Part shown: in pieces, positions 10,778 to 19,112 of the stretch
Numbering within the stretch: the stretch's first letter is position 1
Layout of the letters: every line of letters starts with the position of its first letter
Virus genome (UHGV): UHGV-0103780
Direction: 5' to 3' (one strand)
DNA from: a virus
Length of the DNA: 49,301 nt
Notes under the pieces: model-generated
What the model saw: only the letters and a program-made list of their open reading frames with translations
Databases searched by the model: none
What the model was told of the DNA's origin: nothing
Made by a program: the position numbers and the translations under genes

Positions 10778-11087
10778 TAATTAATTCACCAAGACTATTT
10801 GGGTATGCTTTATAAATAACATACTCCGAAGAGCCATCTGAATATTGGTAAACCCCATAACAGACCAGTTTATTTATTCCTTTCTGAATAGTTTTTTGAT
10901 TATAAGAATCAACCACTGTTATTCCATATGACGATAATATTTCGTTATATTCTTCAATAAGAGCTTTTCTTGTTTCCACTGAATTACAATCTACCTTCGA
11001 AAAGTCAACTTCATCAGCAAAAACATTAAATGTTAAAAAGGAAAGCACTAAAAACAAACGAATCAGCATAAATCCACTCCTACGCAT
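10752..11087 (-). CDS. secreted protein (SimB-like position), 111 aa
   Basis: Signal peptide MLIRLFLVLSFLTFNVFA; upstream of and co-directional with the SimC-like gene. Confidence 0.45.
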   Translation of the reverse strand: MRRSGFMLIRLFLVLSFLTFNVFADEVDFSKVDCNSVETRKALIEEYNEILSSYGITVVDSYNQKTIQKGINKLVCYGVYQYSDGSSEYVIYKAYPNSLGELISEFKPINE

Positions 11088-11090
11088 GGA

Positions 11091-11222
11091 TTAATAGTCA
11101 TTGATCGCAAAGGCGTAAACTTGCCAAAGGTATTTCGTATAATCGGTACAAATCTCCTTTACGCTTGATGCTGCATTAACAGTCCCAGCCATAAATAATA
11201 ACGATAGTAATAGTTTTCTCAT
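11091..11222 (-). CDS. small secreted peptide (SimA-like position), 43 aa
   Basis: Manual read of the minus strand: MRKLLLSLLFMAGTVNAASSVKEICTDYTKYLWQVYAFAINDY; below the ORF-track size cutoff. Confidence 0.3.
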   Translation of the reverse strand: MRKLLLSLLFMAGTVNAASSVKEICTDYTKYLWQVYAFAINDY

Positions 11223-11318
11223 TATAACCTCACCTGCCTTATAACCCATTTAGGGTACATATTTTCGCCTTTAAAAAAAAGAGGTTATTAGATCCAACTG
11301 TGTATTTATTAAGCAGAT

Positions 11319-11335
11319 AATGCTCTAATAAATTT
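11319..11335 (+). promoter_or_regulatory. C1-repressor operator-like site (AATGCTCTAATAAATTT)
   Basis: 16/17 match to the recalled P1 C1 operator consensus ATTGCTCTAATAAATTT; upstream of c4-icd-ant. Confidence 0.7.
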
Positions 11336-11520
11336 GTATTTTTAAGTCACGAATGCTATCTTTTCGCATCATATTGACCTTTTAATCGTTCAGGCTTATA
11401 GTTCCGCCGTCGTAGCAAATTCTGCGACCGGGTTTAGCAGCCTGAATGATTGTGCGGACAGCCGCAGATATCCGATATTGCGGTATTTTTGTGTCCGTAA
11501 AACCGCGTTACGCCCAAATT

Positions 11521-11600
11521 ATGGTGGGGCGTGATGGGGAGGCTTCGGCCTGCTGGTTTCACAATCGCCAGTCTGCTAACCCCGTCACGTCCTGCCACCT
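11521..11600 (+). ncRNA. c4: c4-like antisense immunity RNA (boundaries approximate)
   Basis: Contains CACAATC (11560-11566) and CTGCTAA (11573-11579), each complementary to paired sites TTAGCAG/GATTGTG upstream (11434-11454) and downstream (11603-11638, just 5' of icd). Confidence 0.5.
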
Positions 11601-11649
11601 GTTTAGCAGCGGGTAGCAGGTTGTTAAACCTGATTGTGAGGCCGTAACT

Positions 11650-11871
11650 ATGGTTAATGCCAATCCTTGCGCACGCCCAGAATTCATCTGGCGTTTCTAT
11701 TCCTGTAAAAAACACCACTATCACTTCGTTATCGCAGCAACTGAAGACGAAGCACGCTCTCAATTGCCTGATGGCCCCTGCATTTTTACTGCCCGTTTTT
11801 CAACTAACTCGCGCAATTCACTTAGTTACTGGAGCCTCCCCTTCTCTGCCGACGTTCAGGGGGGTTTATGA
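11650..11871 (+). CDS. icd: Icd-like small protein, 73 aa
   Basis: Small ORF whose stop overlaps the ant ATG (ATGA at 11868-11871), downstream of the c4 target sites; the P1 immI arrangement. Confidence 0.6.
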   Translation: MVNANPCARPEFIWRFYSCKKHHYHFVIAATEDEARSQLPDGPCIFTARFSTNSRNSLSYWSLPFSADVQGGL

Positions 11872-12911
11872 AAAAACCTCTCGTCACCCGTAATGACATA
11901 GCCGAAGCGATCGCCCTGCATACTGCCTGTATACCGACACGGGAGATCCCCGGCGCAATTGCCAACTATTTCATGATAACCAGGCGTTTTTATACCCGAA
12001 CAGATAAGGCTGTGATCAACAGGCTACTGATAGCCGAGATCAGGGATTATTTGATTGAACAAGGACGTCTACGTTACGCAACGGTGGCAGCAGAAATGAG
12101 AAAGGAGGCACATAGAATGACCAGTAATAATTTGAATGTTAAAAAACCAGCACCTGTTGCTTCAGCAACGCCAGCACCAGCCGTGAATGTCATCCCCACC
12201 ACCGGAGACACAATCGACAGCCTGACACTGTTAAAGATGGTCAATGAAGCGCGTAAGTTATGTGGGGAACCAGAGGTTCGGAACAACAAATTCATCGAAA
12301 AAATACTCGACGAATTAGAAGGTGAGGACGGTTACACAAAAAGTGCAACCGTGCCGCCAGGTGGCGGTACGCCTATGGTTGTCATAACCATGACCTACAA
12401 ACAAGCCCTGCGAGTCGCCGCGCGCGAATCGAAAGCGGTCCGCCGTTCGCTGATCGACAAACTGGAAGAATTGCAGCAGGCAAACTCCCCTACCCCATCG
12501 ATCCCCCAAACATTACCAGAAGCCCTACGCCTGGCTGCCGAGTTGGCAGAACAGAAATTGCAGCTGGAACAACAGCTGGTGGCCGCAGCCCCTAAAGTCG
12601 ATTTTGCCGACCGGGTATCAGTGGCTAATGGAATCCTGATCGGGAACTTTGCAAAGGTCGTTGGACTTAAGCAAAACGCCCTTTTCTCATGGTTGCGCCA
12701 GAACGGCATTCTCATGGCTTTTGGTGCGCGCAAAAACGTACCGCGCCAGCAGTACATTAACGCCGGGTATTTCACGGTGAAAGAAGTGGTGCTGGATGAT
12801 GAAAATGGCTACCAGATACGGCTGACGCCCCAATTAACGGGTAAAGGCCAGCAGTGGTTAACTCGCAAGCTACTTGATGCTGGTTTGTTAAAACCAGTAG
12901 CAATAGGTTAA
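11868..12911 (+). CDS. ant: antirepressor Ant1-like (in-frame Ant2 start likely), 347 aa
   Basis: Translationally coupled to icd; C-terminal ~130 aa (LPEALRLAAELAEQK...GKGQQWLTRKLLDAG) shared with the KilA-like protein downstream. Confidence 0.7.
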   Translation: MKKPLVTRNDIAEAIALHTACIPTREIPGAIANYFMITRRFYTRTDKAVINRLLIAEIRDYLIEQGRLRYATVAAEMRKEAHRMTSNNLNVKKPAPVASATPAPAVNVIPTTGDTIDSLTLLKMVNEARKLCGEPEVRNNKFIEKILDELEGEDGYTKSATVPPGGGTPMVVITMTYKQALRVAARESKAVRRSLIDKLEELQQANSPTPSIPQTLPEALRLAAELAEQKLQLEQQLVAAAPKVDFADRVSVANGILIGNFAKVVGLKQNALFSWLRQNGILMAFGARKNVPRQQYINAGYFTVKEVVLDDENGYQIRLTPQLTGKGQQWLTRKLLDAGLLKPVAIG

Positions 12912-12988
12912 CAAAAGAAAAAACCTGCCAGCAAACTGGCAGGTTTCTGAGCAGATCGACCAACCCGATCTGGATCGAGTCAGAAAAA

Positions 12989-13005
12989 TTTGCTCTAATA
13001 AATTT
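12989..13005 (+). promoter_or_regulatory. C1-repressor operator-like site (TTTGCTCTAATAAATTT)
   Basis: 16/17 to consensus; upstream of kilA-repL. Confidence 0.7.
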
Positions 13006-13074
13006 CGTTTTCTAAGTGCAAAGAATCACCATTTCGAGCTGGTGATTGAAGGTTGATGCAAATTTGGAGAAAAA

Positions 13075-13875
13075 ATGCAACAAACATTCAATGCGGATAT
13101 GAATATATCAAACCTTCATCAAAATGTCGATCCTTCAACCACTCTGCCTGTTATTTGTGGTGTTGAAATTACGACCGACCGCGCTGGCCGTTACAACCTT
13201 AATGCTCTACACAGAGCGAGCGGACTCGGTGCCCATAAAGCGCCAGCTCAATGGCTAAGAACGCTGTCAGCCAAACAGCTCATCGAAGAGCTTGAAAAAG
13301 AAACTATGCAGAATTGCATAGTTTCGTTCGAAGGCCGTGGCGGCGGCACTTTTGCCCATGAATTGCTCGCTGTGGAGTACGCAGGCTGGATTTCTCCCGC
13401 GTTTCGGCTGAAGGTAAACCAGACATTTATCGACTATCGAGCCGGAAGATTACAACCTGCTATTCCGCAGAGTCTCCCTGAAGCTCTCCGTTTGGCTGCC
13501 GACCTGGCAGAGCAAAAGCAACGGCTGGAGCAAAAAATGCTTATGGATGCACCTAAAGTCGAATTCGCCGAACGCGTTGCTACCGCCAGCGGGGTTCTAA
13601 TCGGCAACTATGCCAAAGTGCTCGGTCTGGGCCAAAACTATCTCTTCACCTGGTTGCGTGATAACGGAATTCTGATCGCAACCGGTGAACGCAGGAACGT
13701 CCCCAAACAAGAATACATATCCCGTGGGTATTTCACCCTTAAAGAAACCGTGATCGATACAAGCAATGGAAGCAGGATTTCTTTCACGACTCGTATAACC
13801 GGCAAAGGTCAGCAGTGGCTGATGAAGCGATTGCTTGATGCTGGTGTGCTGGTACCTGTCGCGGCAACGCGCTAA
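13075..13875 (+). CDS. kilA: KilA-N domain protein, 266 aa
   Basis: N-terminal KilA-N-like domain plus the C-terminal domain shared with Ant; followed by repL as in P1. Confidence 0.7.
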   Translation: MQQTFNADMNISNLHQNVDPSTTLPVICGVEITTDRAGRYNLNALHRASGLGAHKAPAQWLRTLSAKQLIEELEKETMQNCIVSFEGRGGGTFAHELLAVEYAGWISPAFRLKVNQTFIDYRAGRLQPAIPQSLPEALRLAADLAEQKQRLEQKMLMDAPKVEFAERVATASGVLIGNYAKVLGLGQNYLFTWLRDNGILIATGERRNVPKQEYISRGYFTLKETVIDTSNGSRISFTTRITGKGQQWLMKRLLDAGVLVPVAATR

Positions 13876-13904
13876 CAGACGTAGTAAGAACCACCAGCAT
13901 TGTA

Positions 13905-14750
13905 ATGCTGGCTAAAGTCACTTTCCTGAGCTGTATAACGATGAGCGATTTTACTTTTTCTGGCTATGAATTGGCCTGCTTTGTAACACACTCCGGTCTA
14001 TCCCGTAGCGCCGGGCATATCCTGTCGCAATGTGCAAATCTAGCGGCAACAACCAGTGAATACTTCATTCACAAGCCTCACCGCCTGATCGCGGCAGAAA
14101 CTGGTTATAGCCAATCAACCGTCGTTCGTGCATTCCGTGAAGCTGTAAACAAAGGAATTCTGTCTGTAGAGATTGTTATCGGCGATCACCATGAACGTCG
14201 CGCTAACCTGTACCGGTTTACACCATCCTTTTTGGCCTTCGCACAACAAGCCAAAAATGCGCTGATTGAAAGCAAATTAAAGATCTCTTCAGCGGCAACC
14301 AAGGTTAAAGCTGTTCTCGCTAAGACATTGGCTTTATTTAATTTTTTATCCACACCCCCATGTCAAAATGATACCCCCTCCCCCTGTCAGGATGACGTGG
14401 CAATAAAGAATAAGAAGTCACAAGTTAAAAAAACAAAAAGATCAGTTTCCGGCGGTGCCGGAACGAGCAGACTCAAAAAATTGACTTCATGGATCGCTGA
14501 GGCAAAAGCAAAGGCTGACAATCTGCGGTTATCCAAAAAACGCGCTCAAAAACATGAGTTCAAGCAGAAAGTAGAGGCGGCAGCGCGGAAATATGCTTAC
14601 CTGAAGAACAAGCGTTCTCCTGATATTGGCGGGGTATCAAACTTCGATAATTTGCCGCATTGCATGACGGTAAACGAAGCTCTTAATGCGATTTTAGCCA
14701 AAAATAAAGATAACGAAAAATGGGGTATACCGGCAGGATTCAGGGGGTGA
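13905..14750 (+). CDS. repL: lytic replication protein RepL-like, 281 aa
   Basis: Immediately downstream of kilA under the same C1 operator; size as recalled for P1 RepL. Confidence 0.65.
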   Translation: MLAKVTFLSCITMSDFTFSGYELACFVTHSGLSRSAGHILSQCANLAATTSEYFIHKPHRLIAAETGYSQSTVVRAFREAVNKGILSVEIVIGDHHERRANLYRFTPSFLAFAQQAKNALIESKLKISSAATKVKAVLAKTLALFNFLSTPPCQNDTPSPCQDDVAIKNKKSQVKKTKRSVSGGAGTSRLKKLTSWIAEAKAKADNLRLSKKRAQKHEFKQKVEAAARKYAYLKNKRSPDIGGVSNFDNLPHCMTVNEALNAILAKNKDNEKWGIPAGFRG

Positions 14751-14800
14751 TAGATTGCTCTAATCTGGAGTCACCTGGCGTTTTCAGTTTGAGGTCGGAG

Positions 14801-15046
14801 ATGCAATCTGATTTTTTACAGTTAGCGATCGCTTTTGCAGGATATGTTTGTATTGGCTTCTGTGTATACATGATCAGCCGAAAAATGCTTGTCGATATCG
14901 ACCGCAAAGAACGAGCAGAGGAGATCTTAGTATGGATTTTCTTTGGCGCGGTCTGGCCATTAGGGATCATGTTTGCTGCAACATTTCTTCTGATGTGGAT
15001 ATTCACCCTTCCAGGTGATTTCTATAGAAAAAAAGCCAGACATTGA
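14801..15046 (+). CDS. small membrane protein (two predicted TM helices), about 81 aa
   Basis: ATG at 14801 preceded by GGAG; hydrophobic segments LAIAFAGYVCIGFCVYMI and ILVWIFFGAVWPLGIMFAATFLLMWIF. ORF track gives a longer 14720 start that overlaps repL. Confidence 0.4.
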   Translation: MQSDFLQLAIAFAGYVCIGFCVYMISRKMLVDIDRKERAEEILVWIFFGAVWPLGIMFAATFLLMWIFTLPGDFYRKKARH

Positions 15047-15227
15047 TACAATCGTTGCGGGTGCTTGAGGCTATCTGCTTCAGGCATTACCCGAAAAGCA
15101 GATAGAAGAAAGCCCCAGATAACATTACGCGTCCTGCAAGACGCTTAACATTAATCTGAGGCCATATCTATGCTTAGCATACGTAGATTAGCCTCTTACC
15201 GACCAAAAGGTCAAGGAGAAGCAGGCT

Positions 15228-15383
15228 ATGAAGCAGCAAAAAGCGATGTTAATCGCTCTGATCGTCATCTGTTTAACCGTCATTGTGACGGCACTGGTAA
15301 CGAGGAAAGACCTCTGCGAGGTACGAATCCGAACCGGCCAGACGGAGGTCACTGTCTTCACAGCCTACGAATCTGAAAGGTAA
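15228..15383 (+). CDS. hok: Hok/Gef-family type I toxin, 51 aa
   Basis: Manual read MKQQKAMLIALIVICLTVIVTALVTRKDLCEVRIRTGQTEVTVFTAYESER, a close match to recalled Hok/Gef sequences; overlapped by the mok-like frame 15170..15376 from the ORF track. Confidence 0.8.
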   Translation: MKQQKAMLIALIVICLTVIVTALVTRKDLCEVRIRTGQTEVTVFTAYESER

Positions 15384-15463
15384 GAGACCTGGCGGGGAGA
15401 GATCCTCGCCACTCTTCGTGTGTCAGGTATCCTCAATGCACCCTTTCCTCTCCAAATAAAAAA

Positions 15464-15479
15464 GCTCCCGAAGGAGCTT
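15464..15479. terminator. hairpin terminator between the convergent hok and tube-fold genes
   Basis: AGCTCC-cgaa-GGAGCT with an A-run upstream and T-run downstream. Confidence 0.6.
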
Positions 15480-15499
15480 TAAAATACAAGGGATGACTC

Positions 15500-16009
15500 T
15501 TAATCCCACTCAATCCAGTTGTAGACGATACGAAGTGACGGGCGCACAGCGGCAGTCACATCTTCGGTACTAAAGTCGATTGCATCACTGTAGATTTTGC
15601 AGTCCAACATTTCAATTGTTGTAGCAGCTTTTGTCACAGCGTTAACCCCGGAAGATTTGGATTCAGGGGTAGCAGCCATCGTGATATCAACATAGTCCTT
15701 CGCCGCAATGCGATCCTTGATGAACTGAAGAATATCGCCTTCGATAGTCTCCACGCACTGGACCTGGATTTCCCCAGAGTTTCGAATTGGTCCGTGCTGG
15801 TTGAACTTCACACCATTCGGACCATAGTCCTCCACATCCTCGCGGGTCATTTCAGGAATTTGCGACGTGCGAACCAGTACGCTGATATCTTCATGGCCTG
15901 CAAAAGTGAGCTGGAATTCAGAAGATACCAGTCGTTCGCCTTTGGCCGCGTTGGCAGTATAGCGGCCCTTAATAAATTTACGGTTTCCCTTAGTGTTATT
16001 GTGCCCCAT
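15500..16009 (-). CDS. tail tube-fold protein (T4 gp19-like), 169 aa
   Basis: Size, N-terminal ...ERLVSSEFQLTFAG and C-terminal ...LRIVYNWIEWD resemble the tail tube family as recalled; downstream of the sheath gene. Confidence 0.45.
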   Translation of the reverse strand: MGHNNTKGNRKFIKGRYTANAAKGERLVSSEFQLTFAGHEDISVLVRTSQIPEMTREDVEDYGPNGVKFNQHGPIRNSGEIQVQCVETIEGDILQFIKDRIAAKDYVDITMAATPESKSSGVNAVTKAATTIEMLDCKIYSDAIDFSTEDVTAAVRPSLRIVYNWIEWD

Positions 16010-16020
16010 ATAAAATCCTT

Positions 16021-16602
16021 TTACTGGAACGCCCGAACAATATCGGAGCTGTTATATATCGAAGAACCGGTCAACTGGAGGTTGACGGTGTTTTTCAGGA
16101 AATGCCCATTGCTGTCCCTGGGCGCATCGAGATCGAAACTTATGTCCTGGATAGCGACATCAATGATGTTGATCCGGCGACCAATGTTTAGCGTCACGCG
16201 CTCCGGGATTCGACCACCAATACTGGCATCTTTAAGTTCCGGGCTAATCATCGCTGACAATGCGGCGATAGCTCCTGAAACCTCCGTGAATGGGTCAAAC
16301 AAAGCGATGAAAGTTACTGGCAGCGTGAAAGTCGGCGGTGTTCCCCCTTCCCAAACCATTAAGCTGTTCCAACGGGCAACCGACGTTGTTTCAGTACCAA
16401 CCTGCGCAAAACCACTGAAGGCACCAGCAACAGATCCCATGGACATACCGGTAAACGGCGCTTCCCAATTCTGGGCCATGTTCATTGCCGCCCCCTGGCT
16501 GATATATCCGGTAACCTGGTACTGAGAGTTCGTTAAAGTAACTTTCAGAAATGGCGATACACCGTCAGCCTGGCTGTAAACCCCATAAGGAATAGGTGCC
16601 AT
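16021..16602 (-). CDS. hypothetical tail/baseplate structural protein, 193 aa
   Basis: Co-directional late gene between the sheath and tube-fold genes. Confidence 0.5.
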   Translation of the reverse strand: MAPIPYGVYSQADGVSPFLKVTLTNSQYQVTGYISQGAAMNMAQNWEAPFTGMSMGSVAGAFSGFAQVGTETTSVARWNSLMVWEGGTPPTFTLPVTFIALFDPFTEVSGAIAALSAMISPELKDASIGGRIPERVTLNIGRRINIIDVAIQDISFDLDAPRDSNGHFLKNTVNLQLTGSSIYNSSDIVRAFQ

Positions 16603-16637
16603 TCAAGTTAAAGGCCGGAGTTCTCCGGCCTCCTCCT

Positions 16638-17453
16638 TTAGCCAAGGCGCTTACGGCGCAGTTTCATTGACTTTTTGCGGGCAAGTTTTGCCGCGCCGGT
16701 CTGGGCTTTTCGACGCGCTTTTTTCAGCGCCGATTTTTGAGCCGCAGTCAGACGTTTTTTACGCAGGCGTTTACGGATGAGTTTGATCTCACCGTTACGA
16801 ACAACCTTCTTAAATGCTTCAGTCAGCATTTCATCAGAAGTGCCAGCAACAACAAACGCCGCTTCTAGTTCGTCGCGGTCGTCGCTATCTAAACCAGCGA
16901 TAGAGGCACCAACATCAGCAGCTGCGTCGTCGTCTTCATCGTCAGCCAGTGCTTCGATCAGGTCATCATCTACACCGCATGCTGCGAGGAAGTCAGCAAC
17001 ATTTGCCCATGCTTCGTTATAGGCATCGTCCTGTTCTTCTGTAACTTCGGAGTCGTCGTCATCAGAGATACCAGCGATAGCCTGAACGAAACCATCAAGG
17101 GAGTCGAAAGTCAGATCACCGCTATCAGCCCAGGCGAAAACGGCGTCGGCCGCATCACTCAACGCATTTTGCATAGCACTTCGATTTGCAGCTTCCAGAA
17201 TCATCTGGTGCGCCTGTTCGACGGTCCATTCTTTACCGTCTTTCCCTTCCAGGATTTGCTCAGGAGCCTGGGCAGATGGAACGTTATCGTTAGTCTGTGC
17301 CGCCGGTTCCGGATTATTATTAATAACCGGATCTGTTGGCGGTTCAGCGCTTGCTCGGGCAGACTCCATCAGCTGCACAGGATCAGAGTTCAAAGCGAAA
17401 CGAGACAGTCCATTCCCCAAAAATGCCCCGGATTGAAAAAAGTTTTTGCTCAT
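16638..17453 (-). CDS. acidic protein with a strongly basic C-terminal tail (possible scaffold or internal protein), 271 aa
   Basis: Asp/Glu-rich body ending in KLIRKRLRKKRLTAAQKSALKKARRKAQ...; directly downstream of the sheath gene. Confidence 0.5.
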   Translation of the reverse strand: MSKNFFQSGAFLGNGLSRFALNSDPVQLMESARASAEPPTDPVINNNPEPAAQTNDNVPSAQAPEQILEGKDGKEWTVEQAHQMILEAANRSAMQNALSDAADAVFAWADSGDLTFDSLDGFVQAIAGISDDDDSEVTEEQDDAYNEAWANVADFLAACGVDDDLIEALADDEDDDAAADVGASIAGLDSDDRDELEAAFVVAGTSDEMLTEAFKKVVRNGEIKLIRKRLRKKRLTAAQKSALKKARRKAQTGAAKLARKKSMKLRRKRLG

Positions 17454-17462
17454 TGTATTCCC

Positions 17463-19052
17463 TTACTTAATAAGCAGCGGTACGCCCTGGATACGACGGG
17501 CTACGCCAGTCGGGCAGCAGGCCCAGACTACTTCCCATTTATCGAATTCCGCCTGCGTAACTTTCAGCACATACGGTTCTGTACCGTCAGCATCAGGATC
17601 ACGAGGAGCCACCAGAGCGCCGGAGGCGACAAAGCGATCTAAAAGTTTGGTCATCCCTTTAGTCAGGCCAGCCGCAGTAATACCGTCCGGGCTATGCTTC
17701 ATCTGTCGGGCTAACTGGACAAAGAAACGGCTGATTGCATTCATCAGGGATGGGACGTGCTGGAAGTGCAGATAGTTATCCTGCGTGCAGCAAGTTAAAG
17801 CATCGTCGATGATCATCTGGCCAGAGGTGCCAACAGATACTTTATTGAGACGGCCCTTGACCATTGCTTCTTCGTCCGGGGTATCTTCCGGATACAGCGG
17901 TTGAATTGACGCACGAGCAATGACGGCACGTTCTTCACCAGCCGGTGAGTAATGCCAACCGCCGACATCAGAGTTTTTCTTGACGCCACGAGCTTTCGCC
18001 GCATACGCCACGCCAGACAGACCAAAGACCACACGGGATTGGGTCCATTTGTCTTTGCAGGAGAACGGGTAGTGATAGACAGCACAGCTTACATAATCGG
18101 TACCAAGTAAACCGGTATCTTCAACAGCAGAGATCGCTTCCGTGTACGTCAATGTCGGTTTGACATCAAAGAAGCCATCAATCAGGCGATCTGCACAGAT
18201 TTTACCTAATGCGGTGATAGCCGCATTGTCATAGCAGCCCAAGCCAAGAACAGCGGTGTACATGTACGGCGCATTATTCAGCACTTTAACCGCACGCAGG
18301 TACGCAGCGGTTGAGATTTTCGACTGATCGCCGTTGGTACCGCCAGTGAACGCCAACGATTTTTTGTTTGTTACTTTCGCTGTCGAAATCAGCTCTTCAT
18401 TAACAACCGCGCGCAGATATTTAGAACGGGCTTCCAGAGCCGTAGGCAGATAACACAAGCGGCCCATGTCATCTTTCGCTTCTTCCGCCAAAGACACAGT
18501 GTGTGTCTCCAGGGTCGTTACCACGCCGAGCGAAGTCGTCTGGGTCAGTTTTAAGAGGAAGCGTTCATTACCCGCGCTGTCCGCTGTTGCCGTTTCGATG
18601 GTTAACTCACGGGTAGGTGAAATACACGGATCACCATCATCAACGTAGATAGCAAAGGCTTCGCCACTATCAAGTTCAATTTCAGAACCGTATGGCAACG
18701 CACTGTAAGCCGGTTCGCCTGATTCATCGAACATAATAATCGGGAACTTCGCATCATCCGGAACAGCGCGAACAACATAACCAGACGTTTGCTGAATAGC
18801 TTCGTATACATGGCGAATTGGTTCGAACTGTGAGCCGGAAGACGGCTTCAGCGGTTCGCCGAGAACATCTTCGTAATTGGACTCAGTAACCGCAAGAACA
18901 GTAAACGGCTTGCCACGCGCAAATACGCCAATACCAGCCCATAAGCTGCTATTTAATGCAACACCGGTAGATAACGTCGCATCGGCATTGATCGGGCTAA
19001 CCGCGACGCCGGATGCATTACCTAATGACTGTTGAATTGAATATTGAGACAT
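17463..19052 (-). CDS. contractile tail sheath protein (P1 gp22-like), 529 aa
   Basis: Size and composition typical of sheath proteins; between the major capsid gene and tube-fold genes. Confidence 0.6.
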   Translation of the reverse strand: MSQYSIQQSLGNASGVAVSPINADATLSTGVALNSSLWAGIGVFARGKPFTVLAVTESNYEDVLGEPLKPSSGSQFEPIRHVYEAIQQTSGYVVRAVPDDAKFPIIMFDESGEPAYSALPYGSEIELDSGEAFAIYVDDGDPCISPTRELTIETATADSAGNERFLLKLTQTTSLGVVTTLETHTVSLAEEAKDDMGRLCYLPTALEARSKYLRAVVNEELISTAKVTNKKSLAFTGGTNGDQSKISTAAYLRAVKVLNNAPYMYTAVLGLGCYDNAAITALGKICADRLIDGFFDVKPTLTYTEAISAVEDTGLLGTDYVSCAVYHYPFSCKDKWTQSRVVFGLSGVAYAAKARGVKKNSDVGGWHYSPAGEERAVIARASIQPLYPEDTPDEEAMVKGRLNKVSVGTSGQMIIDDALTCCTQDNYLHFQHVPSLMNAISRFFVQLARQMKHSPDGITAAGLTKGMTKLLDRFVASGALVAPRDPDADGTEPYVLKVTQAEFDKWEVVWACCPTGVARRIQGVPLLIK

Positions 19053-19112
19053 AACTTTCCCTGTTATGCGCCCCGCACGGGGGCGCTATGTTAAACGGAG
19101 AACTTCCCCTGA

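Noticed and set aside
15794-16525. 243-aa plus-strand ORF
   Set aside because: Entirely antisense to two tightly packed minus-strand structural genes (15500-16009, 16021-16602) that have operon context.
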